From: the human T2T-CHM13v2.0 reference genome, Homo sapiens
Reading direction: 5' to 3' (one strand)
DNA: 64,000 nucleotides
Assembly (NCBI RefSeq): GCF_009914755.1
Contig: NC_060929.1
Part shown: piece by piece, positions 27,900 through 42,941 of the stretch
Layout: each line of letters begins with the position of its first letter
Numbering within the stretch: the stretch's first letter is position 1
Notes under the pieces: generated by a model
What the model saw: the letters and a program-made list of their open reading frames with translations, nothing else
Database searches by the model: none
Told to the model about the DNA's origin: nothing
Program-made: the position numbers and the translations under genes

Positions 27900-28153
27900 C
27901 TATGGTAGGATTGTAGGCATAAGTGCTGGATCAGGAGTCATCCCTCTTCTACCTCTGCTGCCTTCTGATGTTTCTTTTGCCAACCAGCACGCCGGACCAG
28001 CCCTTCTTGTTTTCTCTTTTGGTTCTAGGTCACAACTCTTTCTCCTTCACCTTTGTCTTTGCATTTAATCTTCCCCCTCCATGTTTTCCTTGAGGCATAT
28101 TAATATTAATCTGCTTCACATCATGATAAGGTGAGGTTAAGATTTCTTGCCGA

Positions 28154-28759
<606 letters not shown>

Positions 28760-29068
28760 GGTCGTGTGCGATGTCGCATGCCTGTAATCCCAGCACTTTG
28801 GGAGGCTGAAGTGGGTGGATCATTTGAGATCAGGAATTTGAAACCAGCGTGACCAACATGGTGAAACCCCGTCTCTACTAAAAATACAAAAGAATTAGCC
28901 TGGTGTGGTGGTGGGCACCTGTAGTCCCAGCTACTCGGGAGGCTGAGGCAGGAGATCACTTGAACCTGGGAGGCAGAGGTTGCAGTAAGCTGAGACTGCG
29001 CCACTGCACTCCAGCCTGGGTGACAGAGCAAGACTCCATCTCAAAAAAAAATAATAATAATAAATATA
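28760..29068 (+). mobile_element. AluS (Sx/Sz-like) inserted in the AluJ tail
   Basis: Full dimer with an A/(AAT)n tail, followed by the outer TSD aagatttcttgc. Confidence 0.9.
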
Positions 29069-29909
29069 AAGATTTCTTGCTTAGACTGTAATTGACTAAA
29101 ACTTTGTCACTGTTAAATTGCAATGTAGTACAGATTATATACAACTCTAGGACTGTTCAGAATCACAGCAGATTATTGCAATGAATAAAACATTGCCTCT
29201 ATCCTTAGCTCTGTCAAATGAGCCTCTGCCAGCTTTCTTGCCAACTCTTGAATATTTTCTAAATTTTTATAAATTCATTCATATCCCATCATCTGTTATT
29301 TGATGGGCAGTGGGGTTAGGCTTAGGCAAGATGAATGATAGGGTGGTCTGGTTGGAGCGGCATTCATCGTTTAATAGGCAGCCCACACGTAATTGAATTT
29401 AGAGTGATGTTACACTTAAAAGGGTTTTGATGCCCTTGAGCAAGACGTTTGTGTAATAGCAAGTAGTAGAAAACCTCCACAGAGTTTCTGGCATGGATGA
29501 AAAAGAATGGGGAGAAGAATGCATTGATGTAAGTGAAATTTCTGAATTGTTTGCTCTGAACTTGCAATTTAACCTGTTTCCTAGTTTAATGTGTCTGTTA
29601 TAGTGGGTTAATCTCCATCTTCTTGGAAAGAAATCTCATTTCTTTAGCTCTCATGAAATACACGATTCTACAGTTTTGGGTATTCCAGCTGACATATATG
29701 TGTTGCTATAATGGATTTGTCTTTCATTGTACTGATAATGCTTCTTTCATCTACATTTATTTTTATGGGGCCAGAACCAGGTATGTTATGTTTTCTATAA
29801 ATAGATTACTTTAACTTTGAAAACCTGTGACTGAGCATTGCAAATTGCATTATGTTAAAACTATATAAAATTGGTTCATCTTCTCATACATGATTTTTTT
29901 TCCCTTAAG

Positions 29910-30422
29910 ACAAATATGGTCTCTTTAGAAGGCCTTACCAAAGTAGTTGATCCTTCTCAGCTAACTCCTGAGTTTGATGGCTGCCTGGAATACAACCACG
30001 AAGAATGGATTGAAATCAGAGTTGCTTTTGAAGACTACATTAGCAATGCCACCCACATGCTGTCTCGGCTGGAGGAACTTCAGGACATCCTAGCTAAGAA
30101 GGAGCTGCCTCAGGATTTAGAGGGGGCTCGGAATATGATCGAGGAACATTCTCAGCTGAAGAAGAAGGTGATTAAGGCCCCCATCGAGGACCTGGATTTG
30201 GAGGGACAGAAGCTGCTTCAGAGGATACAGAGCAGTGAAAGCTTTCCCAAAAAGAACTCAGGCTCAGGCAATGCGGACCTGCAGAACCTCTTGCCCAAGG
30301 TGTCCACCATGCTGGACCGGCTGCACTCGACACGGCAGCATCTGCACCAGATGTGGCATGTGAGGAAGCTGAAGCTGGACCAGTGCTTCCAGCTGAGGCT
30401 GTTTGAACAGGATGCTGAGAAG
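29910..30422 (+). CDS. TRIO: TRIO coding exon 5 (513 nt, phase 0-0), end of Sec14 domain and first spectrin repeats: TNMVSLEGL...RLFEQDAEK
   Basis: tttttcccttaag|ACA acceptor, AAG|gtaaag donor; lies in ORF 29871..30575. Confidence 0.97.
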
Positions 30423-30708
30423 GTAAAGACGGGGGAGGCTAATGCCTCAGTGGACATGGGGGAAGCCAGCGCTGGTGGGTTCGGGTGGAAGGAAAGAGAA
30501 AAGGTGGAGAATGGTAAGGCTATACTCACCGTGTGTGCTCTAAACCAGCGAGAGTCATTTCAGAAATGGCACTGAAATCTGTTTTCCGGTTTTACTCGTT
30601 GTGCAATACAGTGCTGTTTTAGAAATTTTGAGTTCAAATTACTTATTCTTTGGTCTAGGATGCCTGTAAGATAGGAATGATATTTTCACTTAAAAGAGTG
30701 AACATTTC

Positions 30709-31017
<309 letters not shown>

Positions 31018-32195
31018 TTATGTTATTGACAAAACACCATTCCAATCTATTGAGTATGTTTTTTAAAATCAAGATGAGTAATGTGTTAAAAGTAACAGTT
31101 TCTGGGTAATATAGTTGGTAATCACCTCTAGTCTCATGTTTTATTCTTATGCACCAGGCAGACCAACTGGTCAAAGTGAATCCTTATCAATTACTGGCTA
31201 ATTGAATCTTAGCAATGTGGAAACTGGGCACTTACCCATAGGTATGTGTTGCAAGCCATGAACATGGGTGAATTAATCATTGAGTTTTATTGGAGCTCAT
31301 TGAATTTTATATTACATGGACAGGAGAATATTTTGTAAAGTAAAAAACCACATTAGAATTCTTGGATGTAAAAGGACTTTTCAAAAGGTGATAATCCAGT
31401 GTTTTTATTACTAAAGCTTTTAATGTATCTGTCAGTGTTCTTTTGTTTTAAGTAGCACCTTGTCTAAGAGACTGGAATACCTTCTTTTCAATTACTGGAA
31501 GACCAGGTTACTGTCACTGGGATTCTGGTTCAAGTCATGGTAGCAATGCTAATTGATGATAGTCATCTATATTTTCTTAAATGTTTTCATTGCAAATGTC
31601 TTAATTGACATCCTTGTCCAAGTAACATCTATATTGAACCTTAAGGGAGATGTCATAGTTAGTTTTTCCCACCTTTTTTATAGTAAATTTTATGTTTTTG
31701 CAATCTGCACAGGTGTCTATGTACTTCTTGATCAAACAGTGGAATCTTTTAGTCATTGATATTTCTGTCAGTAACCTGTGGGCACAGCAGAACCCATCCA
31801 GAGACCCATAAGTTCCTAATTTCACCCTAACGGGTCTTTAATTGAACCTCACTGTGGCAAATTAAGTAGTTCAGCGTGGCAGGGAGACTGGGCTGAGAGT
31901 CAGAGGATCAGAGTTTTTAATCAGCCTGGGGGATTAGAGTAACTCTCTTTACTTATCTGCTTCTTAATTCCTTCTCTGTAAGAGGAACACATCAGATAAG
32001 ATTTTCTGGTAGGTCCTGCAAGTTCAGAACTGCTGACTTGTTCTTCGAAGTAAAGACTCTTCTGAGAGAATCAGACAGCGCTTGAAGTTGTCCAGGGAAG
32101 GAAGTTGCCCTTTCTTGGTACTGCCCCATCTGTGGGCTTGTGTCAGTAATTTCTCTTTCTGGAGTGATTGCGGGTTGTCTTTTTCCTTCCGGTAG

Positions 32196-32318
32196 ATGTT
32201 TGACTGGATCACACACAACAAAGGCCTGTTTCTAAACAGCTACACAGAGATTGGGACCAGCCACCCTCATGCCATGGAGCTTCAGACGCAGCACAATCAC
32301 TTTGCCATGAACTGTATG
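32196..32318 (+). CDS. TRIO: TRIO coding exon 6 (123 nt, phase 0-0): MFDWITHNKGLFLNSYTEIGTSHPHAMELQTQHNHFAMNCM
   Basis: ttttccttccggtag|ATG acceptor, ATG|gtaaga donor; translated by hand (absent from the ORF track); contains the spectrin-repeat Trp. Confidence 0.96.
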
Positions 32319-32914
32319 GTAAGACACTCGGAACAGCTGGACCCTGGCATGTGACAGTGTTTTAGCAAATGGGAGGCATTTGGCAAATTGTATGCTAGGG
32401 CTTTCAAGGGGCCTTCGGAGTGGCTGTTGATTGTAGCAGCTGACCTTCACATGGAGGGTGTTCCCTAGGGTTCCATTGTCTCACTATCCCACATTTTAAG
32501 TTTTAAACAAAAATGAAAACAAGCAAACAGACGAACCAGTGAAACTTGAACCAATGACTTGGCTAGTTCAGCACAGACACTTGGGATGCTGGCTCCTGTG
32601 CTGCACTTCATAGGAGCCCACGGGGGCCCCAGCAAAGCTGCTGGGAGGCACAGTGAGTCCCCCAGACGGAGCGCTGTCAGTTTGCTGGCTGCTGTTCATG
32701 ACAGCGAAAGGAGCAAGCCTGCTGCTGACCTCAGGGCACTAGCTAGTTCTCCTGAGGCATGAGATTTCCTTCCAAGCTGAGCTGGAGGACTGGGATCTGG
32801 CCCTCAGCCTTGCCTGGGATCCCCTGGCCCTCTTTAAGGTTGTTGCATCTGCTACCCTTGGCTGTCGTGACTGTCAGGATCTTAGAGGCCAGATAGGGGG
32901 TGACTGTAGGACTA

Positions 32915-33417
<503 letters not shown>

Positions 33418-33809
33418 TTAATTCAGAAAGATGCCATTTAATTAAAATACAGTCAACTAGGTACTACAATTTAGGTAGTTTCAAAGATAAGATTTTGCAA
33501 TATAATTTTTAGTAATAAATGCCATCAAAGTTTTACGTCTGTTCTAGAATTTAAAGTAAGAGAATTTCTGGTTCGAATCGTCAAACCTGGGCATAGATAA
33601 AAATTTGTTTGTAAAAAATTACTGTCAGTTTTTTTAGAATTTTCTGAAACTTTTGGCAAGAGACCATTCAGTCTGCTATGCCACATACTTTAAAAACTAG
33701 AAATACTAAAATATGTGCTAGAAATGAACAGAAAAATATATTCTCTCTTCCCCCTTTCTTCAGCATTATTAGTGGCAGATTTAGGACTCAAGGGAATAGG
33801 AACCATAGT

Positions 33810-34022
33810 GTAGAAGACAGGAAAATGGGTTGTGGACGTAGAGGCTTTTAATTCTGACTTTCTTATTTGCCATGTGACCTTGGGAAGGCTGTTTAACCTC
33901 TTCGAGCCTCAGTTTCCTAATCTGTAAACTGGGGGTAATACCTGCCTTCCATGGTATTACATGTATATGTAAAATGCAAAACATACTGCTTGACATATAG
34001 TAAGTACTGTATAAATGTTAAT
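33810..34022 (+). mobile_element. MIR
   Basis: tgtgaccttgggaag...aacctcttcgagcctcagtttcctaatctgtaaactggggg MIR core and 3' tail. Confidence 0.8.
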
Positions 34023-36253
34023 TCTTACCAGTGATGTTATCAATATAATTAAAGATGCAGTTAAAGCAGGTAAGAAACTTAAAAGTATGAGTTACAGCTA
34101 TTTTTTTTGGGAGGGGGGTCGAATATATTTTCTAATTTTCTACAATATACTTCTGTTACTTTTCTAAGTTAAACTTGTAATACAATGCATGCGGGTAGCT
34201 CGGTGCCATGAAGGTGATGCCTGCTGGGGAGCTTTCTGGACCAGGCCTGCTCCTTGTGTTGAATACCTCCACGAATCCCTTGTATCTGTGGCATTTAATA
34301 ATGCAGGGCAAGGGTATTTAACCTTCAGCCCCTTCTGCTCGCTATAGTGTTTTGAACAATTTCTGACAAAATAAGGATACTAAATACCAATATGCCAAGT
34401 TAACAGCTTTTAAAGAAAGCATATTAAGGGATACCAACAATTATGCATGTTCTACTCTAACAGATATTTATAAAAACTATGATGATAAGCCTGTAGGTGT
34501 AGGTACTTTTAATTTAGGGAATTGCACATTACCATATTGATGTCCAGGCTGTAGATTTAGGCTGTATGCCACCATACTCGTTTATGTGTGCTAGAAGTGA
34601 TGGAGAGATGGAAAAAGCATCATACATAGACTAGTAAAGTCTGTTTTTATATAAAAGTGACACAGGAAGCTGTTACAATCTAGGAATGGGCAGGTATGGT
34701 CAGTGGTTGTCACAATAGAGCCACCCAAGGAGACATCTCTTCTCCAGATCCTAACAGAGTGCATCTTGTGCTTTTCCTAACAGACCTGTCGGACTGGCTT
34801 TTTCTCTTTTAAGGATATAGAGAAAGCAAAATTAGCAAATCTAGTTTCTTGTCACTTTACTAGGAGGGAGGAAAAGAGAGAAAGAATGCACTTGGGAATG
34901 GGAGGCCTTGCTTTTAATTTACCAGATGCCAGTTAGAGCGTTAATGCCACACGAGCCAGAGAGGTCACCTTGCTGAGCATGGCTTGACTGTTGCAGCCTC
35001 TTTCTGCGACTCCAGACATGCGATGTCTGTTAGCTGATTCTAGCCTTCAGATGCAGCCCGGAGATGTAACCCTGAGGCTGGAGTCCTGTGGCTCTAATCC
35101 CAGACAGAGGCAACTCCACCAAGTTCTGGTTTGGGTCAGAAATAGAGGGAAAGGATGAATGAAAGAAGATACAAAGAAATAATGAACAAGTGAGTTCTTT
35201 CAGCTGCTTACTTGGGTGGTCTGCAGGCAGCAAGAGACAGGAAGGAGGCTGTTGTGGGGTCCTTGTTCGAGGCAGTGGGAGATTTGCTCAGAGGGGTTGT
35301 GTGGGAAGTGAGAGAAGGGGGAAAAACGTAGGGAAGTTTGGACAGATCAGGAAATCAGATTGGGGCAACGTTGAGAGGAGCCAAAGAGGTATCTACGATT
35401 TTGGGGGACCCATGGGAAGGAGTGATGTGGTAACAGTGAAAAAAATAAAAAATACATGAACAACAGCAACTTCGGATTTGCTGAAGGTCTGAATCCCGCA
35501 CCACACCACACCCTGCGATACTGAGCCTTAAAGAACTTTGGAGGTGGAAAGGGAAACTCCATATGAGAGCTTGTTCTGCAAAAAGGGTGGGTTTTTAAAA
35601 TCCCTATTTTTGCAATAAACTGATAGACTTGAAGATAGGAATTTTGACAGAGTAGAAAAGCTTTATTTAAAATTTGAGCATAGCGTTGTTGTGTTTTTAC
35701 TGCAATTCATATTCCTGGGAGAAGGTGGATCTATTTACAGAATATTTTCTGTTGGCACCCAAAAATGACTTGGGCATATGTAGAAAGGAGAGCTTGCTTT
35801 CACACAAATAGCCTTTGGTTGCTAGGTACGTGTTTTTGGGTTTCTGGGTTCTGGTTAAAAACCAGAGCGCTGGGTCCCTCAGTTCTCTGTGACTGCCTGG
35901 CAGCAGGCTTGCCATCTGGACCCTGTTCAGTATTTGAAGCCAAGAAGTGAGTAATAGTATATTTGTGTGCACCCACTTGTGTATTTGATTGCTTTGTGCT
36001 GAACAATTATGCCTTTCAGCTAGTTGATTTGTAATTTTACAGTTTTAAAAATAGAAATGGAAACCAATACTTCAAGTTTATGGAAATCTAGAGAGCAAAT
36101 ATGTATAATATTATATATATCAGGTGATGCTCCTGGGAGAGATGTGATCACTGTTAGAAGCCTGTGTTTCAGCAGGTGGCATCTGGGCTTCTTAGAAGGG
36201 AGCCTCCTATTTGCTCTCCCCTAAGGAGCCCTCTTTTCCTGCCCACTTTCCAG

Positions 36254-36445
36254 AACGTGTATGTAAATATAAACCGCATCATGTCGGTGGCCAATCGTCT
36301 GGTGGAGTCTGGCCACTATGCCTCGCAGCAGATCAGGCAGATCGCGAGTCAGCTGGAGCAGGAGTGGAAGGCGTTTGCGGCAGCCCTGGATGAGCGGAGC
36401 ACCTTGCTGGACATGTCCTCCATTTTCCACCAGAAGGCCGAAAAG
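36254..36445 (+). CDS. TRIO: TRIO coding exon 7 (192 nt, phase 0-0), spectrin repeat: NVYVNINRIMSV...IFHQKAEK
   Basis: ctttccag|AAC acceptor, AAG|gtcagt donor; lies in ORF 36164..36481. Confidence 0.97.
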
Positions 36446-36554
36446 GTCAGTGCCTTGAACCCCCAGCCCACGAGGTGGTAACCAGAATAGTTCTTCCTCC
36501 ATGAATATTGGTGTGTGTGCAAACACTCTTGTGTAGCACATACTGTGAGCTCCG

Positions 36555-36770
36555 CATGTGAGCTCTGAAGTCACTTGGCCCTGAGTTTAAATTCCAGCTC
36601 TTTTAGTCCTTGCTGCGTAACCTTAGGCAAGTGACTTAGCCTCTCTGTTTTGTTTTTTCATTTGTAAAGTAGAAATAAAAGTACCTGTTTGAGTGGACTG
36701 TTGATGTAAATGTGATGCTAGGTGCCCTACACAGTGCCCGGCACAGTAAGCACTAAGAAGTGGCAGCTGC
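36555..36770 (+). mobile_element. MIR
   Basis: aaccttaggcaagtgacttagcctctctg...catttgtaaa...ggcacagtaagcact. Confidence 0.8.
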
Positions 36771-39477
36771 TCTTCTCTTCCCCTCCTCTCCTGGCTCCTT
36801 CTTTGCTCTTATTCCTTGTTGATAGTGCTTTATTACTCCAATTGGGATGGTTTGGTAGCAAGGAACGGAACGCCCATCCGTGGTGCAGATGTCAAGGGTT
36901 TAGTTTTCTCACAAACTGCGAAGTTCTAAGGCGAAGGCACCTCTAGCTGCACGGCTATGGAGGGGTGGTGTCTGCTGCCCTCAGGCTTGCTGGGCCTCCC
37001 CTCACAGTCAGGGCAGCACACCTCAGCTCCACGCACCAGCTCCTCCTCAGCCACAGTGCTCACCCTCCGCAGGGATGGCTGTAGCTGTCTTTGCCTGCCA
37101 CTTTATAAGGGAAACATTATTTCCAGAGGCCCCGCCCCCAGCACATTTCCCCTCGGCTAGTCTTGGGGTGCACATCCATGCCTTGCTGCAAGGGGTGGGG
37201 GAAAGGGTGGATCTGGTGTTTAGCCTCCTTAGGGAGGTGCTGCCCGCAAGGGTGAGGGAGGAAAATGGCTTTTTTGGGTACACAGTTGACAGTGTCTTTC
37301 ATAATTATAAACTTAGCTACATGGCATCTGACTTTGGCTTCATTTGTTGACAGATGTGTTGTGTCAAAATTTCTAGTTTAAGAAGTAATGGGTAATATAT
37401 GCCCCCAACACTCCCCATACCTCCATTTAAGCAAACTTGCTTAAACAAACGCTCTGAAAGTAGCAAAATGAAAGGGATTTGCTCATGACTCAGAGTTTAT
37501 TATCGGAAGGTGAGCAGCACAGTGAGTACCTTTTCAGGATGTAGAGAAAGGGCATAGGAACTTTTAACCACCAGGAAGACACATATATGGGGTAGAGGAA
37601 AATGGTTGCTTAATTTAAAAAGGAAAAATATCAGTATATCTTCCTCAGGGTTAATTTTTGGGGGAAAGACTGGATTCAGGCATTTGCACGGATGCTTCTT
37701 AAAAAGGAAATAGTATCTCTTTCATCTAGAAACAGTCTCTGTTGAAGAGTGAAGAAGTCAGTAAAGGAAGATAGAGGCCCCAACTTGCCTAGGATTTTGG
37801 CAGGGCAGTCAGAATGTTGCACAAGACACTAATTAGCAGTGATCTCAACTCTAGAGACCTTTAAAGTATAAAGCAAGAGAGGAAGCTGAGTGATTTATAA
37901 AGAGAAACAAACCTTCATAGCACCATGTAAAAGCTGAGAGTTTCAATGGTAAGGATTTTTCTACTTTCTAACTTTTTGCATTTGACTAATTTTGTGATAA
38001 AAGATAGACAAAAGCCCACACACAAAAACAACTTTTTAAAGTAACAGGAACTGCTTCAGCGTAAATAAAACCATCTTCATGACCCTGTAGCCATCTCCGA
38101 TCCTTATCGTTGTACAAAGTAGCAATACCCTCGATCATTTGGCAGTAAGGTGATATGAATGAATTTGAAGCAGGATAAACTGCGTGGGTGAATGTCAGGC
38201 TGAAGCATAACACACAGAGAACATCTTTCATAAACATGATGAGATTCAGAATTGTAAATAAACCCAGAGATTAATTACCACTGTGACCTGCCTGAAAATA
38301 ATCTAGAAACATGGGTGTCATGGGGCATTTTCCTTCCAGTGTTTTATTATAAAAAATTTTAAACATACAGCAAAATTGAAAGAGCCTGGGGTATTCTCAT
38401 CTGGATAAAATGAATGAGTGTAATTTATGGATTTGAAGGAAATGAAACTAGGTGAACACATTATTGAACAGAATTTCATGGGACCCTGCATGAACTGTAA
38501 GGGCGCCTGAAGTCTCAGTGCATGTACGGTGGCCAGAGAAGAAGCCAAATAGGAGTGAAGGGACAGTAGCCTAATGAAGAAGGAGCCCAGCGTGTATTCC
38601 AGACCTTAACGAAGCAACAAGGCCTGCACGTAGACAACTGAAATGCACAGATGGGAGATTAGGACGTCTTCAGAAAGACAGTCCTTACTTGCAAGTAAAA
38701 ATGTGTTGTGTCTCGTCCCCCTCACTGAAGAAAAGTAAGATCCTTGAAATTCTGATGCTCCTCACTAAAGTAGTTTTCTTTTCCCAAGAGAGCAATCCCA
38801 AGACTAGGTCAACGTTGTTCCCTCATTTTAAATGATTTGCCTTCTAGTTATGCTCAACCTGTTTTCATAAACTCAGTCTGGAAAGGACCAGAAGCTTGGA
38901 CATCCTAAGTTAAGTTTCCATCATAGTCACCTCTTTGAATCACATCCAGAGTGTTCATGTGGAATTTAAATCTGATTAGGGGGACATAAGGCTCAAATAT
39001 GTGACTCCATGGTTAATGAGCTTACTAACGGCAGCCGCCTTCTCTGTAAGGATTACAGCTCTTAGCTGCACCGTCCGGCCCTGCCCTCTCTCTCCATGGG
39101 TGGTGTTGTGCTAGCATTTGCTGTGGCTTTATAAACATAACTCTGAAGTTAAAGCTAGATGAGAATGATGTTTCATAGATGCTATAACTTCCATAGATGT
39201 GTCAGCCAGTCTGTTTTGTGTCATCTCCAGTGAAGGTTGTGGGATCACAGTATCCGTTTGCAAATATGTGGACACACAACCACAGTGTTAATGTTGTTAC
39301 TGGTAGATGTTGCTTAGGGGCTCCAGCCTTCGCTTGTCTTGGTCATGTGGTATATCCACAGGACAGACCCTTTATATTAAGACGCTTTCACAGCAGATAC
39401 CATTAGAATTAACATTTTTATAAAACAAAGTGACTTGATTTTGCTACAGCTTAAAATATCTTTTTACTGTGACCTCA

Positions 39478-39690
39478 AGCTGCACTGCCCATTGTGATGG
39501 CCTGTCACCATGTGTGGCTATTGAAGCTACTCAGAGTTAAATAGCAAGATGATAAAATCATTTTAAAAAATAGAATTAAATTAAAATGTAGTTGCTTATT
39601 CACTGTATCGGGAGCAACATGTGGCCAATGGCTGCTGTAATTGACAGCACAGATACACATTTCTATCCACTCGGGTAGTGCTTGCAGAGG
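39478..39690 (-). mobile_element. MER3/MER33-like hAT-Charlie DNA transposon relic
   Basis: Internal inverted arms catgtgtggctattga ... catgtggccaatggctgctgtaattgacagcacag around an AT-rich core. Confidence 0.65.
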
Positions 39691-42150
39691 CTTACCTGCA
39701 GAGTGAACCACACATCCGATCACCGTAATTTATCTATGACTTTAGGCCTTCTGTACTTTGATAATAACCAAAAATAAAGTAACAGTGTTTGTATAGTTCT
39801 TTAATATTTAGAGAACCCTTTAACATGAAATCTCATTTCATCCTTAAATCAGCCTGGTGGAGCAGATGGGACTGTAGTATTATTGTCCTGATAATCTGTA
39901 TGGGGAGGGATTTGGCCATGTTTCCCAAGCTAGAACTTTCGCTGAGGTCTATGGCTAGGTCTTTCAGTTCCTGACATAATAACAAACTGTTTCACACTTG
40001 CATTAATATTCTTATAAAAGTTCACTTCCCATAAATATTTTTAGAATTAACATTTATTATAAACATGACATAGATGCAAGTTCTAAATCTAGGAAATTTC
40101 CGTCCCTTTGTCTCCTAAGTCCAGCTTAGTGCCTGTGCTCAGCTGAGGCTCCGTCAAGAGGTGGCGGGGGTGAGAGATGGATGGGAGTGCAGTTCACTAG
40201 CTTCAAGGATCCCAGCTCTGGTTGGTGGGACCCAGAATAGGCAGAAGAAATGAGTGGCTCCCAGATTGGAGGCCCCCTCTCAGCAGACAGGGAGTAGTAG
40301 AGTAAATGCTTAGGAAAAGCAATCTGTTAATTATTTATCCAAGTTCTCCTCTTAAAAGCTATGTATATGAATCACTGTTCCCCTCCTCTGCTTGCCTCTG
40401 TTTTGCAAACTGGGTGATCCAGGCTTCCTTCATCATTTATTCAGCAACACTTTCTTAATACGACCATTCTGCTCAGCTTCAGGATCCCCAGATCTGAAGC
40501 AGGCTCCTGATCTGAACTGACAGAGCAACATTTCATTCTTTCGCACTCTCCTGCCTTTATCCCCAGTCCCCCAGATGCTTTGTGTTCACGTATTTTGATC
40601 TAGGGAGCACTTAAAGCATCAGATACTAAGACAGCTGCTCTGATCTCATTAGACTGCAGTAGCCACCTTCTGTCCTCATCTCCTAAGTGTCAGGCTCTGT
40701 GCTAGACATGTTCCCCCAGCATTGCAGTCCCAACCTGGGTTACTCAGGATGGTAACACATATGTGTGTGTATGTGTATCAGAGTGAGGGAAGTACCAGTC
40801 CCCCCTCGTATGATATCATTGTCATATTAGAAGCTTTTCTAAGAGGTTCTGTTATGAAGGTACCTGTTGAATTTCGACACCAAACTTGACCTCAGGATGC
40901 TTTTTCTTTGTGGAGTATCTGTTGACACCCTGTTCCCTGTTCCATGCATCTCGGAACGGGGATTGCTGTGCTGGTGCTGTTGGTTTCACACCCTCTGGGC
41001 GTTCAGCCTTTTGGAAAACAATCAGGCCTAGAGCTTGGTCTGTGGAGTCTAGGGTTGTGTCTTAGAAATAAAGAACAGAAAAATGATGCTGTGCAAAACC
41101 CTCTGTAAAACCATGGCTAGGATTATTTCTATCATGGGCTGTTATTAACCCAGAAAAAGGGCAGAATCCTTTGTCCACAAGGTTTTCATGTAGCACACCA
41201 TCCTTCCCTGGCTATATGTTTTCAGAGAAGTATAATCAGTGCCCTCTCAGGATACTTTAAGAAATTATAAGTTAGTTCTAATTACAGGAATATGTAAAAC
41301 TTCTTGAATGTTTTTTCTTTATTGGTTGTTGCTTCAAAAATTGGAGTCCAATATACTTTAATGATTTTGATATAGTGATATGTTAATCTGATGCTTCTGT
41401 TCATTACATTATGAAGTATTATATAACTGAAATGTGTTTCCACCATGTTCTGTCAGAAGCGTTTTGATCTTAAGAATACGTTGCAACTCCTCTTGGTTTT
41501 GGGTGTTCTGCAGTGGCCATTGTCCAGGAGCGCTTAATTGCTGACTTAGACCTGATGATTTATTAATGATGATGGTTAACCTCAATCAATTTGTGTTTGA
41601 AAAACAATAATTTAATAATTGGTATTAAATGCAATACAGGAAGATGATAGAGTGAAACAGAGCTCAAAAATACTGACAATCATCTGACCTGACCAAATTG
41701 ACATTTATAGAACATGACACCCAAGAAATACTCAGTTGACACTTAATGCCGTATGAACTGGCTTCAAGCCGTAAGGTCTGCATAGATATTTTTCTGCACT
41801 CAACAATAAAAGGATTTCCATAAACAGTTATTATTTGGGTGACTTGTCTATTTTAATGTCCTAAAAATAAACTGGGAGTTTGTTCTTACTATATTTTAAG
41901 GGAATTATAGCACATTTCTTTCTGGTCAGTTGAGTATTGCATTTCAAATAGTCATCCTCTGCATTCCCTGCTAAGTTAAAAGATGTGTGAGGAACAGGAG
42001 TAAAGAGGTTAAAACCGAGGGAAATGTGTTGATGTCTGTTTGGCTTAATTGAATTAGCTTTTTTAATTGGGCCTTCCGCACTTGCCTTTCACTCTTAACT
42101 GTGATGGATTTCGATAGGATCTCCCTAGGAAATTTGGCAGTGATTTCTCA

Positions 42151-42941
42151 GCTGTTGATGATCCTGGAGATGGAGGGTGTCAGTGGAGGAGATTGAGCCA
42201 GGGTTGGGATGGCTGCCGCAGGACCGTTGATGATCCTGGAGATGGGGGGTGTCAGTGGAGGAGATTGAGCCGGGATTGGGATGGCTGCCGCAGGACCGTT
42301 GATGATCCTGGAGATGGGGGGTGTCAGTGGAGGAGATTGAGCCAGGGTTGGGATGGCTGCCGCAGGACTGTTGATGATCCTGGAGATGGGGGGTGTCAGT
42401 GGAGGAGATTGAGCCGGGATTGGGATGGCTGCCGCAGGACCGTTGATGATCCTGGAGATGGAGGGTGGCAGTGGAGGAGATTGAGCCGGGATTGGGATGG
42501 CTGCCACAGGAATTGATGATCCTGGAGATGGAGGGTGTCAGTGGAGGAGATTGAGCCGGGATTGGGATGGCTGCCGCAGGAATTGATGATCCTGGAGATG
42601 GAGGGTGTCAGTGGAGGAGATTGAGCCAGGATTGGGATGGCTGCCGCAGGACTGTTGATGATCCTGGAGATGGAGGGTGGCAGTGGAGGAGATTGAGCCA
42701 GGATTGGGATGGCTGCCACAGGACTGTTGATGATCCTGGAGATGGAGGGGGCAGTGGAGGAGATTGAACCAGGATTGGGATGGCAGCTGCAGGAATTGAT
42801 GATCCTGGAGATGGAGGGTGGCAGTGGAGGAGATTGAGCCAGGATTGGGATGGCTGCTGCAGAACTGTTGATGATCCTGGAGATGGAGGGTGGCAGTGGA
42901 GGAGATTGAGCCAGGGTTGGGATGGCAGCCTCAGGGCTGTT
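42151..42941. repeat. Minisatellite/VNTR, 11 copies of a 72-bp unit (variants of 70 and 69 bp)
   Basis: Unit gttgatgatcctggagatggRgggtgKcagtggaggagattgagccRggRttgggatggctgccgcaggacY; starts at 42154, 42226, 42298, 42370, 42442, 42512, 42582, 42654, 42726, 42795, 42867. Confidence 0.97.

Noticed and set aside
29871-30575. 234-aa ORF as a standalone gene
   Set aside because: It is TRIO exon 5 plus chance open frame in the flanking introns; splice sites delimit 29910-30422.
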